A DNA stretch of 38,986 nt from an uncultured Lachnospiraceae bacterium. GTDB taxonomy: Bacteria > Bacillota > Clostridia > Lachnospirales > Lachnospiraceae. This document shows, one piece after another, positions 17,970 through 30,135 of the stretch; the stretch's first letter is position 1, and each line of letters opens with the position of its first letter. The notes under the pieces are model-generated. The model ran no database searches. It saw only the letters and a program-made list of their open reading frames with translations, and was not told where the DNA came from. Position numbers and translations under genes: made by a program. Location of the stretch: contig CAOKHR010000001.1 in NCBI GenBank assembly GCA_948468325.1, positions 1 to 38,986 of the forward strand, in the 5' to 3' direction.

Positions 17970-18017
17970 TATAATTTAAGTGTATTAAAAAATATTTTTT
18001 AATACACTTAAATTATA
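17970..18017. repeat. Perfect 48-bp palindrome overlapping the -10 box and predicted start site
   Basis: TATAATTTAAGTGTATTAAAAAAT|ATTTTTTAATACACTTAAATTATA is its own reverse complement. Confidence 0.92.
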
Positions 18018-18040
18018 ACATATAAAATATATAATGTAAA
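18012..18040 (-). promoter_or_regulatory. Sigma-A promoter for the secreted-protein/ABC cassette
   Basis: TTTACA-N17-TATAAT with extended TG on the minus strand. Confidence 0.75.
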
Positions 18041-18176
18041 TGCCGTTTTGCTTAAAAATGTATTAATTTTTCACATTCCTTACTAGAAAAGATTTATTTC
18101 AGACAAAAGCCAAAAAAACTGCCGAAAAGAAAACGTCATTACTCAATAAAATTCATGTAGTTTTATTTCTCAATTT

Positions 18177-18207
18177 AAAAAACTGCCGTACAATTTTGTA
18201 CGGCAGT
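18177..18207 (-). terminator. Rho-independent terminator after the coiled-coil gene
   Basis: ACTGCCGTACAA-TT-TTGTACGGCAGT followed by a U-tract on the minus strand. Confidence 0.85.
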
Positions 18208-18225
18208 CCCAATTTTACAGTTCCT

Positions 18226-19143
18226 TTACATGCGGGTATTTACTAAAATACCTTTGATTTCTTCTTCTAAGAGCTCCTGCTCTTTCAGCATCTTTTTAAC
18301 TTCTCCTTCTACGTCCTGCATAATATTATCTGCATCCACAACCTGCTCCGTAAGATTGGATGAATTCTCTTTTGCTTCTTCTGCAGCAGCTTCCGCTTCT
18401 TTTTTGTCCTCTTTCGCCGCTTCGATGCGTTCTTCCTGTTCTTCCTTCTTCTCTGCTCTGGCATCTGCAACTTCCTGGACTTCTTCTGCTTTTTCATCCA
18501 TTGTCTCTTTGACATCATCAACCATCATGGCAATTGCTTCATCGGAAGCCGCTGCCATAATCTTCTCTTCTGCCTTTTTCGCATCTACCATTCCATGGGT
18601 TTTCAAACGTTCCATATTAATCATACGGATAGAAAACGCATTGGCCATCATCTCCCGGTTATTGCGTTCAATTTCTGTCTTATAATAATCTGTCTGCACA
18701 TAGGCTTCCATGGCCTCTTTCTGATAATCAGTCATTTCTCCCATATTTTTGAGCCGCTCCTGCTCCTCCTGGGTCAGTGTCCCTGCAGCGCTGCCATGCT
18801 TTTTAATATCATATTCTTTCATTAAAAGTTCTAAATCCGCCTGCTCTTTACTGTCGTCTTTGACTCCGTACTCCTCTTTTTTGTCCGTTATTTTCTGCCT
18901 GTACTCCAAAAGAGATTCATTGGCGCTTTTGCTTTCCTCCTGCAGCTGACGAATGCGCCCTCTGATTTCTTCTACATTCGCATCCATCTTCTGCTCTGAT
19001 TTATTGACAGTACCGACAATATGCAGCGCTTCTTTCTGATGCAGCTGCTTTTTCATTGCAATCCGCTCTTTGATGCTCATATCCTGTTTGCCAAAAGGAG
19101 TATCTCCTAAAAATAATGCTTTATTCTGCTGTGTAATCTTCAT
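18226..19143 (-). CDS. Hypothetical acidic coiled-coil protein
   Basis: 305-aa E/K/Q/M-rich helical ORF with SD GGGAGG and no catalytic motifs. Confidence 0.75.
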   Translation of the reverse strand: MKITQQNKALFLGDTPFGKQDMSIKERIAMKKQLHQKEALHIVGTVNKSEQKMDANVEEIRGRIRQLQEESKSANESLLEYRQKITDKKEEYGVKDDSKEQADLELLMKEYDIKKHGSAAGTLTQEEQERLKNMGEMTDYQKEAMEAYVQTDYYKTEIERNNREMMANAFSIRMINMERLKTHGMVDAKKAEEKIMAAASDEAIAMMVDDVKETMDEKAEEVQEVADARAEKKEEQEERIEAAKEDKKEAEAAAEEAKENSSNLTEQVVDADNIMQDVEGEVKKMLKEQELLEEEIKGILVNTRM

Positions 19144-19196
19144 AACTGTACCTCCCAGTCTGATACTGACAATTTCCCGCTGCCTTCCTGTTTTCT

Positions 19197-19204
19197 ATAT
19201 CGGC
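19197..19204 (-). promoter_or_regulatory. Sigma-D/FliA-type -10 element (GCCGATAT)
   Basis: Exact GCCGATAT 54 nt upstream of the coiled-coil gene; no canonical TAAA at 15-nt spacing. Confidence 0.4.
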
Positions 19205-19226
19205 ATTTAAAGCTAAAAAACAAAGA

Positions 19227-19646
19227 CTAATCTTCTGCTTTTCTTTTGTAAACTTCTAATGTAATTATTTCATGGGAAGACCCTGAAAAATCTGTCTTTT
19301 GTATCTTTATCCATTCACCCAAATCCACATCCAGGCTAAAATCTTTCGGATATTTTCTGTTCCACCAAAATACAATCAATGTTTCAATCCTATCTGCAAA
19401 GGAAGCAAGCCCCTCAGATTCCACAAAGCATATATCGCCACGTCCGGCTTTTCCCAGAAAGTCTTCATCCGTGAAAATTTCTGTATTTTCCAATACGCCA
19501 TACAGCTTATACGAATATGCGTTCATCCACAGCCGCTTTCCCGTACAGATTTGCTGTATTTTCTCTGTTACCGCCCGATCTCTGCTCTGACGTCTGCCAT
19601 TGAACATCATACCTTTCGTTTCGTCCAAACATACAATTACGATCAT
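19227..19646 (-). CDS. Conserved clostridial protein with a DHFR-like pattern
   Basis: MIVIVCLDETKGMMFNGRRQSRD...WNRKYPKD...W....F.GSSHE.ITLEVY; the termini resemble DHFR; ATGA overlap with the nitroreductase. Confidence 0.6.
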   Translation of the reverse strand: MIVIVCLDETKGMMFNGRRQSRDRAVTEKIQQICTGKRLWMNAYSYKLYGVLENTEIFTDEDFLGKAGRGDICFVESEGLASFADRIETLIVFWWNRKYPKDFSLDVDLGEWIKIQKTDFSGSSHEIITLEVYKRKAED

Positions 19647-20212
19647 TTCTGCCTCTGGCTTTCATTTATATCCTGACAATCCTGCATCACTACCTGTGTT
19701 TCAAAATTATATTCATGCGGTATTTTATCGTCTGTCTTATGCCCCACTGCAAGTGCAATCTGAAAAGAATACCCTTCCGGTATCTGGAGTTTCTGTGAGA
19801 AATATTCTTTTTTCTCCCCATGCAGGGCATCATATACACAGCCGATAATCAACGTTCCAAGACCTATGCTTTCTGCTGCAAGGGCCATATTCTGGACGGC
19901 AATACCGGCATCTACCCTGCTCCACTTAAATTCATCTTCTGCACTTAGAAAAATAAGTACGGGAGCCCCATAATAAAAATTGTCCGGCAGCTTTTTTTGT
20001 CCGCGCAGACGCCTTTTTTCCTCATCCAGCTCTTCCAATACCGGATTGTCTCCGCTTACTACAGAAAAACGTATTTCCTGCCGGTTCATTCCGGTCGGCG
20101 CCTGCAGTCCCGCTTCCAAAATAATGTCCAATTCCTGCCTTGTCAATTTTTCGGTGCTGTATGCTCTGGCTGAGCTTCTCTGCTTTATTATTTCTAATAC
20201 CTGATTTGACAT
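19643..20212 (-). CDS. Nitroreductase family protein
   Basis: IKQRSSARAY, APTGMNRQ, DAGIAVQNMALAAESIGLGTLIIG and LAVGH motifs. Confidence 0.9.
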   Translation of the reverse strand: MSNQVLEIIKQRSSARAYSTEKLTRQELDIILEAGLQAPTGMNRQEIRFSVVSGDNPVLEELDEEKRRLRGQKKLPDNFYYGAPVLIFLSAEDEFKWSRVDAGIAVQNMALAAESIGLGTLIIGCVYDALHGEKKEYFSQKLQIPEGYSFQIALAVGHKTDDKIPHEYNFETQVVMQDCQDINESQRQK

Positions 20213-20274
20213 TTTCCCATCTCCATTTCATTTAATATAATCGAATATAACGGGTTTTCACAACAGTGTACCAT

Positions 20275-20315
20275 AAAAGAGAAGTTAATATCACGAACAA
20301 TACTAACTTCTCTTT
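20275..20315 (-). terminator. Terminator of the atp operon
   Basis: AAAGAGAAGTTA...TAACTTCTCTTT inverted repeat downstream of atpC. Confidence 0.7.
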
Positions 20316-20374
20316 AAATCCCCTAACTTAATGCCATTGAGTCCGCACTGCCGGGCTCTTCGCTGTCAGGCTGT

Positions 20375-20788
20375 TTATTTCATATCTTTTACATCAATTC
20401 GCGTCAATGCTTTTCGCAATGCAAATTCTGCACGGGCAACATCGATTTCTGCTGTTTTTGCCTGCAGGCGCTCTTCTGCTCTTTTTCTGGCAGCTTCTGC
20501 ACGGGCAACGTCAATTTCTTCCGCCCATTCTGCAATCTCCGCCAAAAGCGTTACCTGTTCCGGTAAAACTTCAGCAAATCCTGCGTGCACCGCAGCTATT
20601 TTTTCACCTTCGGCCTCATGAATAATAACGGCTCCCGGCTCTAATACGGTAGTCAGCGGAATATGCTTCTTATAAACACCGATTTGTCCGGAGCTTGTAT
20701 TAAACTCTATCATCTCTGCTTCTCCGGTATAAAATACTCTGTCCGGCGTTATAATCTTTACCTGAAACATTTTCTCATTATCTGCCAT
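20375..20788 (-). CDS. atpC: F0F1 ATP synthase epsilon subunit
   Basis: IITPDR, GQIGVYKKHIP, GFAEV and IDVARAEAA motifs; last gene of the operon. Confidence 0.95.
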   Translation of the reverse strand: MADNEKMFQVKIITPDRVFYTGEAEMIEFNTSSGQIGVYKKHIPLTTVLEPGAVIIHEAEGEKIAAVHAGFAEVLPEQVTLLAEIAEWAEEIDVARAEAARKRAEERLQAKTAEIDVARAEFALRKALTRIDVKDMK

Positions 20789-20799
20789 ACCATCACCCC

Positions 20800-22197
<1,398 letters not shown>

Positions 22198-22213
22198 CTA
22201 TCACTCCTTATTC

Positions 22214-23068
22214 TTATTCAATCGCTGACGCGCCCGCGATAATCTCTGTTAATTCTTGTGTAATCGAACCCTGACGCGCTCTGTTATATTTCAGTGACAA
22301 ATCACTAATCATTTCTTCTGCATTGCTTGTCGCAGAATCCATCGCCTGCATACGGGCTCCGTTTTCACTGGCAACTGCTTCTACCAGCGCGCCATAGAAC
22401 AGGCTTGTAATATATTTGGGAATAATCATATTCAATGCCTCTTCATCATTTGGCTCATAATTCATCAGAATATTAGAATCCTCTTCCGCCTCCTGGCCAT
22501 TAATTGCTACCGGAAGCAGTCTGATTAATTTCGGCTCATGGCTTACCGTATTTTTAAAATGCGTATATGCCAGATAAATCTCACCGATTTCTTCCTCCTG
22601 AAATGCCTGCAGCACTTTCTTGCAGATTGCAGACGCATCCTCATAGCCGGGAGCCTCAATTACTTCCGAATAATCGGCTGCAATCTCAAATCCCCTTCGT
22701 TCCAGCGCTTCCTTACCCTTGCTGCCGACTGCATAGATTTTAAGATCTTCTTTTTTGAGACCACTGTCTAACACCTGCTTTACAACATTCGAGTTGTAGC
22801 CGCCGGCAAGCCCGCGGTTTGATGTGATAACAACGACAGCTTTTTTTGCCGATGTTCCTGCTTTCAGATAAGGATGCATAATGCTGCCTGACCTTTTTAA
22901 CATGGAAACTACAGTCTGATACATATAATTAAAATACGGATTCGTCTCTTCTGCACGGTTTTTCGCCTTTTGCAGTTTTACGGTAGAAACAAGCTTCATG
23001 GCTTTTGTGATTTGCTGCGTACTTTGTATGCTGCTTTTTCTTCGCTTAATGTCCCTCATTGAGGCCAT
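22214..23068 (-). CDS. atpG: F0F1 ATP synthase gamma subunit
   Basis: ITKAMKLVS, RGLAG and RARQGSITQELTEII motifs. Confidence 0.97.
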   Translation of the reverse strand: MASMRDIKRRKSSIQSTQQITKAMKLVSTVKLQKAKNRAEETNPYFNYMYQTVVSMLKRSGSIMHPYLKAGTSAKKAVVVITSNRGLAGGYNSNVVKQVLDSGLKKEDLKIYAVGSKGKEALERRGFEIAADYSEVIEAPGYEDASAICKKVLQAFQEEEIGEIYLAYTHFKNTVSHEPKLIRLLPVAINGQEAEEDSNILMNYEPNDEEALNMIIPKYITSLFYGALVEAVASENGARMQAMDSATSNAEEMISDLSLKYNRARQGSITQELTEIIAGASAIE

Positions 23069-23102
23069 ATATTTTCACCGCCCTTTTCTTTTCCTGCCTG
23101 CT

Positions 23103-25158
<2,056 letters not shown>

Positions 25159-25171
<13 letters not shown>

Positions 25172-25674
25172 GTCGAATCACCCATCTCTTTCAAAGTTTC
25201 ATCTACAAGCGTATCCTGAATCTTTGTGTCAATTGAAGCTGCAACTACTTTGGCAGCCATCATGGATGCAACGGCGATCATTTCCTGTTTTACTTCGTCC
25301 ATTGCACGTTTCTTTTCCAATTCGGCTTCGTCGCCTGCTCTCTCAATAATGCGGGCGGCTTCCTCTTTCGCCTCATCAATAATCTTCGCTTCATTTCTCA
25401 AAGCCTTCTGACGCGCTTCACTCAAGATCTGCTCCGCCTCTTTATCTATGCCTTTCAGTTTTGCTTCGTACTGCTCTTTTAACGCTGCCGCACTCTCTTT
25501 ATCTGCGTTCGCATCTTCTATATTCTTTTTAATCCCTTCCTGTCTGTCTTTTAACATCTTACGAACCGGGTTAAATAAAAGATAGCTTGCAAGTAAAAAC
25601 AGTACAAATACAGAAATACCGAACTGCAAAACATCCATCAGAAGCTGCATATCCAGTCCAAACAATCTGTCCAT
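25159..25674 (-). CDS. atpF: F0F1 ATP synthase subunit b
   Basis: N-terminal TM helix ending LLFNPV..ML..RQ, then a coiled coil. Confidence 0.95.
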
Positions 25675-25746
25675 ATCCTAGAAGTTCACCCTCCTTTCCG
25701 CAATTTTCACTTTTATGATCCCCACAGGTCTTCCCATCGGCATCAA

Positions 25747-26028
<282 letters not shown>

Positions 26029-26040
26029 TTATAATACTGT

Positions 26041-26760
26041 TTACTCTGAACCAATTGCATCGCTGATGTATGTCATAGTCAACATACAGAACACATAAGT
26101 CTGAATTGCTCCTGAGAACAAATCAAAGTACACGTGAAGTACAGACGGCCAGATTGTTGCAATCCAGCCCAGCAGCCCATAAACAAGCGCCATAATAATG
26201 GTTCCTGACAAAACATTTGCAAACAAACGCAATGACAGGGATACAGGCACTGCAATGTCACTAATAATATTAATCGGCGCCCAGATCGGCCACGGCTCGC
26301 ACAGCCCTTTGAGTACGCCTGAAACGTGCTGGTGTTTAAATTTGTTAAAATGAATCAGGCTAAACGTCATAATTCCCAGCGCAAAAGTGACTCCATAGTC
26401 TGCTGTCGGCGGCCTCAGCCCAAAGATTCCGGATATATTGCTCATCAGAATAAAGATAAAAATCGTACTGATATAATTGGCAAATTTGGATGAGTTTACA
26501 CCCATGACCCCTTTTACCATATTATCTAACATTTCAACAATCAGCTCTATTACATTCTGAAAACCATCCGGCACTTCTTTCGCATGTTTCATTTTTCGAT
26601 TTACTGTAATGAAAAATCCGATCAGAACTATCATCACGATCAATGCGCATACATGTGTCGTTGTTATCCAGCAAGTCTGTCCGAACACTTCATAAGAAAT
26701 CAGTCCATGCACCATAATGTCAATGTCTGCGTCAGCAGCCATCAAAATTGCATTACTCAA
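26041..26760 (-). CDS. atpB: F0F1 ATP synthase subunit a
   Basis: TTG start with SD AAGGAGG; PPTAD, SLSLRLFAN and IQTYVFCMLT motifs. Confidence 0.95.
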   Translation of the reverse strand: MSNAILMAADADIDIMVHGLISYEVFGQTCWITTTHVCALIVMIVLIGFFITVNRKMKHAKEVPDGFQNVIELIVEMLDNMVKGVMGVNSSKFANYISTIFIFILMSNISGIFGLRPPTADYGVTFALGIMTFSLIHFNKFKHQHVSGVLKGLCEPWPIWAPINIISDIAVPVSLSLRLFANVLSGTIIMALVYGLLGWIATIWPSVLHVYFDLFSGAIQTYVFCMLTMTYISDAIGSE

Positions 26761-26780
26761 GCTTTCACCTCCTTGATTTT

Positions 26781-27206
26781 TTATTCCAACTGCTTTAATT
26801 CTTTATCTGCAGAATATTCTTCACTTCCTTTCCTCTTTGATATAACTTTATGAATTGACGGCTGCATATAGGCCGCTATCTTTAAGCCCATAACGCCTGT
26901 AAATGCAGCTATCGGATTTCCAAGATTAAAACGTATCACACAAAAAAATACAACTACAACTGCCGCATACCGCATAAGTGACATCGTAATCAGCTTTCCC
27001 TGACTGCTGCCCGCACTTACTGCATCTTCAATCACAACTGCCATGTGAACTGCCATACCCGCCGCTAATGCCACGCCGATCCAAAGCCCTGTAGAATACA
27101 GCAATTTATCTTTTACCAGCCAGATGCCTGTAAGCTGTGCGGCAATACCATAGAGCAGTATCCCCAAAACCAGCTCCGGCAGCGCTTTATTCAGTCTTTT
27201 TAACAT
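26781..27206 (-). CDS. atpI: ATP synthase protein I-like membrane protein
   Basis: Four TM segments with ..MRY..; directly upstream of atpB; probable start MLKRLNKA (track start 27257). Confidence 0.7.
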   Translation of the reverse strand: MLKRLNKALPELVLGILLYGIAAQLTGIWLVKDKLLYSTGLWIGVALAAGMAVHMAVVIEDAVSAGSSQGKLITMSLMRYAAVVVVFFCVIRFNLGNPIAAFTGVMGLKIAAYMQPSIHKVISKRKGSEEYSADKELKQLE

Positions 27207-27438
27207 GCTTCGTATCCCTGTCGCTTTCCTGTTCGAATATTTTCTTTGCCATAACATAAATGTTGCGGAAACCTGCCAATGCCCCGATGATAAACAAAGG
27301 CACCACTATAAACATCATATCAAATTTCTTTCCGATATATACCCCAAGCATCGTACACATAAGAATCGGGACAATCATATTGAGTCCGAACTGCAGCACC
27401 ATAGTAAAGGCCTGATACACATTTTTCCTGTATTTCAT
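27187..27438 (-). CDS. AtpZ/AtpI family small membrane protein
   Basis: QFGLNMIVPI...LGVYIGKKF...GALAGFRN two-TM pattern; first gene of the atp cluster. Confidence 0.8.
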   Translation of the reverse strand: MKYRKNVYQAFTMVLQFGLNMIVPILMCTMLGVYIGKKFDMMFIVVPLFIIGALAGFRNIYVMAKKIFEQESDRDTKHVKKTE

Positions 27439-27441
27439 CTG

Positions 27442-27927
27442 CTATACCTCAAAACAAATTTCCCTGCCTGTACGTTTATACTTATAGTATTTTACACCGG
27501 CTGTATCCAGCATGCGCTTGGATGCAATCACTGCCGGCGTATGCTCATATTTATCAGAATCATATACGAGCGTCTTTATCCCTGACTGAATAATTGCTTT
27601 TGCACATTCATTGCAGGGAAACAGGGAAACATACATCTTTGCCCCTTCCAGCGAACCTCCTCTGTAGTTTAAAATTGCATTCAGCTCACTGTGTGTCGTA
27701 TACAAATACTTACTGTTTAAAGGTTCTCCTTCTCTTGCCCATGGAAACGCATCGTCGGAGCATCCAATCGGAAATCCGTTGTAACCCATAGAAAGAATTT
27801 TGTTGTCGCTGCTTACAATACAGGCTCCCACCTGTGTGCTGGGATCTTTTGAGCGCATTGCGGAAAGCATGGCTACCCCCATAAAATATTCATCCCAGCT
27901 GATATAATCCTGTCGTTTACCGCTCAC
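27442..27927 (-). CDS. dCMP deaminase family protein
   Basis: WDEYFMG, RSKDPSTQVGACI, HSELNAI and PCNEC motifs; GTG start at 27927 with SD AAGGAGG. Confidence 0.92.
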   Translation of the reverse strand: MSGKRQDYISWDEYFMGVAMLSAMRSKDPSTQVGACIVSSDNKILSMGYNGFPIGCSDDAFPWAREGEPLNSKYLYTTHSELNAILNYRGGSLEGAKMYVSLFPCNECAKAIIQSGIKTLVYDSDKYEHTPAVIASKRMLDTAGVKYYKYKRTGREICFEV

Positions 27928-27937
27928 AAAAACCTCC

Positions 27938-28567
27938 TTATTTTGTGCCGAATATGCGGTCTCCCGCATCTCCTAATCCCGGGACAATATAACAGTCTTC
28001 ATTTAACCTGTCATCCAGTGCACCGATATAGACATCTACATCCGGATGTTCCTCCTGCATCCGCTTTACTCCCTCGGGAGCCGCAATAATGCACATATAA
28101 CGAATATTTTTTACGCCTTTGTCTTTTAACATCTGAATTGCCGCCACCGCAGATCCTCCTGTTGCAAGCATCGGATCTACAACAAACGCCTCGCGCTCGG
28201 AACAATCTTCCGGCAGTTTGCAGTAATATTCTACCGGTTCTTTCGTCTCGGGATCACGATAAAGCCCGATATGACCCACTTTTGCAGCCGGTATCATATT
28301 CAGCATTCCGTCTACCATGCCAAGTCCCGCACGCAGAATCGGAATGACCGCCAGCTTCTTGCCATGCAGTTCCTTTACTGTCGTTTTACAAATCGGCGTC
28401 TGGATTTCCACATCCGAAAGCTTCAAATCTCTCGTCGCTTCATAGCACATCAGCATGGCAATTTCGCTCACTAATATCCGAAAATCCTTCGAACCCGTCT
28501 CTGATCTGCGAATCCAGCCAATTTTGTGCTGAATCAGCGGATGATCCATAACTATTACTTTTGACAT
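27938..28567 (-). CDS. upp: Uracil phosphoribosyltransferase
   Basis: [22 protein letters not shown] and [12 protein letters not shown] motifs; start MSKVIVM with SD GGGAGG. Confidence 0.97.
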   Translation of the reverse strand: MSKVIVMDHPLIQHKIGWIRRSETGSKDFRILVSEIAMLMCYEATRDLKLSDVEIQTPICKTTVKELHGKKLAVIPILRAGLGMVDGMLNMIPAAKVGHIGLYRDPETKEPVEYYCKLPEDCSEREAFVVDPMLATGGSAVAAIQMLKDKGVKNIRYMCIIAAPEGVKRMQEEHPDVDVYIGALDDRLNEDCYIVPGLGDAGDRIFGTK

Positions 28568-28577
28568 AGCAACCTCC

Positions 28578-29030
28578 CTATTTTTCTTCATTTAATATGT
28601 TTACTAATTTACGAATAGATGCAAGCAGTGTTTCGTAACACAATCCGTAAATCTGAAGTGTTCCGCCATAAGGGTCCACAATCTCAAGCTCGTCTCCCAC
28701 AAATTCTGTCAGCACCCGTATGCGTGCAGGATCTGCTTCTTCAAACATTTCAAGTATCTTTTGACGATGTTTCTCCTCCATCGTCAGTACCAGCGTGTTA
28801 CCTCTTAAATCTTCCGCCGTAAGCGGACTCGACATATATCCTTCTACGGGCAGGCCGTTGCTGATCATAACGGCCTCTGCTTTCTGATTTAACGGTTCCG
28901 GAAATAATACAACCAGCCCCCGGGCCACAATTTCCACCGGCCGCTTTAAACCAATATCTTCCAGTATCGCGACTGCCATCTGTTCTCTGCAGGTCCCGCT
29001 TCCCGCTACAAATACTATTTTATTATACAA
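28578..29030 (-). CDS. Low-molecular-weight phosphatase (YwlE-like) homolog with a degenerate P-loop
   Basis: [27 protein letters not shown] and IVDPYGG; position between sua5 and upp; start uncertain (TTG 29030 or track start 29060). Confidence 0.8.
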   Translation of the reverse strand: MYNKIVFVAGSGTCREQMAVAILEDIGLKRPVEIVARGLVVLFPEPLNQKAEAVMISNGLPVEGYMSSPLTAEDLRGNTLVLTMEEKHRQKILEMFEEADPARIRVLTEFVGDELEIVDPYGGTLQIYGLCYETLLASIRKLVNILNEEK

Positions 29031-29049
29031 TTCTTTTCCCCCATATTTC

Positions 29050-30099
29050 TCACACGACATAAATCCGGTGTCCCGCCGCTTTTAACAGCCGGTTCATAAT
29101 AGCCTGTCCGATTCTTGGTGTTGCAAAACTTTCCGAATAAATAATATCTACCCTTTCCTCGTCAAATTCCCGCAAAATCCGATACAAATGCCGTGCAATC
29201 ACATCTTCGTCGTCTCTTGTCCCCATACTAAGTATCATGTTTCCCCTGTAATATGCAGCTGTTTCATCTGTTCCTATAATACCGACTCTCTTACCTTTTG
29301 CCTGCATATCGTCTGTCCATTCATTAATCTTATCTACCACCGCTTTCCTTTCTCCGTCCACAATAATCAGATCCGCCCTGGGCGCGTAATGCCTGTATTT
29401 CATTCCGGGAGCTTTCGGCTTTGTAAAAGAATCCCCGCTGATAATACCCGGGTCTGTTTTCACAATTCCGATTACCTCTTCCAGCATCTGTCCGGTAATA
29501 TAACCCGGCCTTAAAATCATAGGAACGTCTTCTGTCAGATCTATTATTGTAGATTCAATCCCGATACCCACTTCACCGCCGTCTAAAATAACAGGAATCC
29601 TGCCTCCCAGATCTTCTGCCACATGTTCCGCTAATGTCGGGCTTGGCCGTCCCGATGTATTGGCGCTGGGTGCCGCAATTAACCGTCCGCTCTCTCTGAT
29701 CAGCTGTAAAGCAACCGGATGATCCGGCATACGAACGGCTACCGTATCCAACCCCCCTGTAGTTTCGTAAGGTACATTTTTATTTTTTTTCACAATCATT
29801 GTCAGAGGGCCCGGCCAGAAAACTTCTGCCAGCTTCCCCGCATAATCCGGCAACACCTCCGCAATGCTTTCCAAAGCTTTAAATTCCGCTATATGCACAA
29901 TTAAGGGATTGTCAGACGGCCTCCCTTTTGCTGCATATATCTTCCTGGCCGCATCGGGATTAAATGCATCCGCTCCCAGGCCATATACCGTTTCTGTAGG
30001 GAATGCCACTAATCCGCCATCCCGAATCACTGCCGCGGCTTCTTTCATAAAAGCATTGTCCGCCACAGAACTACCTATTTTATAAATTTTCGTTTCCAT
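29050..30099 (-). CDS. sua5: L-threonylcarbamoyladenylate synthase (Sua5 type)
   Basis: VAFPTETVYGLGA, KGRPSDNPLIVH, APSANTSG, PGMKYRHYAP and NRLLKAAG motifs. Confidence 0.95.
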   Translation of the reverse strand: METKIYKIGSSVADNAFMKEAAAVIRDGGLVAFPTETVYGLGADAFNPDAARKIYAAKGRPSDNPLIVHIAEFKALESIAEVLPDYAGKLAEVFWPGPLTMIVKKNKNVPYETTGGLDTVAVRMPDHPVALQLIRESGRLIAAPSANTSGRPSPTLAEHVAEDLGGRIPVILDGGEVGIGIESTIIDLTEDVPMILRPGYITGQMLEEVIGIVKTDPGIISGDSFTKPKAPGMKYRHYAPRADLIIVDGERKAVVDKINEWTDDMQAKGKRVGIIGTDETAAYYRGNMILSMGTRDDEDVIARHLYRILREFDEERVDIIYSESFATPRIGQAIMNRLLKAAGHRIYVV

Positions 30100-30106
30100 A
30101 TACTAG

Positions 30107-30135
30107 AATATATCATAAATGTAAAAAAATGTGAA
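30107..30135 (-). promoter_or_regulatory. Sigma-A promoter placing +1 at or next to the sua5 ATG (leaderless)
   Basis: TTCACA-N17(ending TGA)-TATATT, then 7 nt, then ATG; no SD. Confidence 0.6.
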
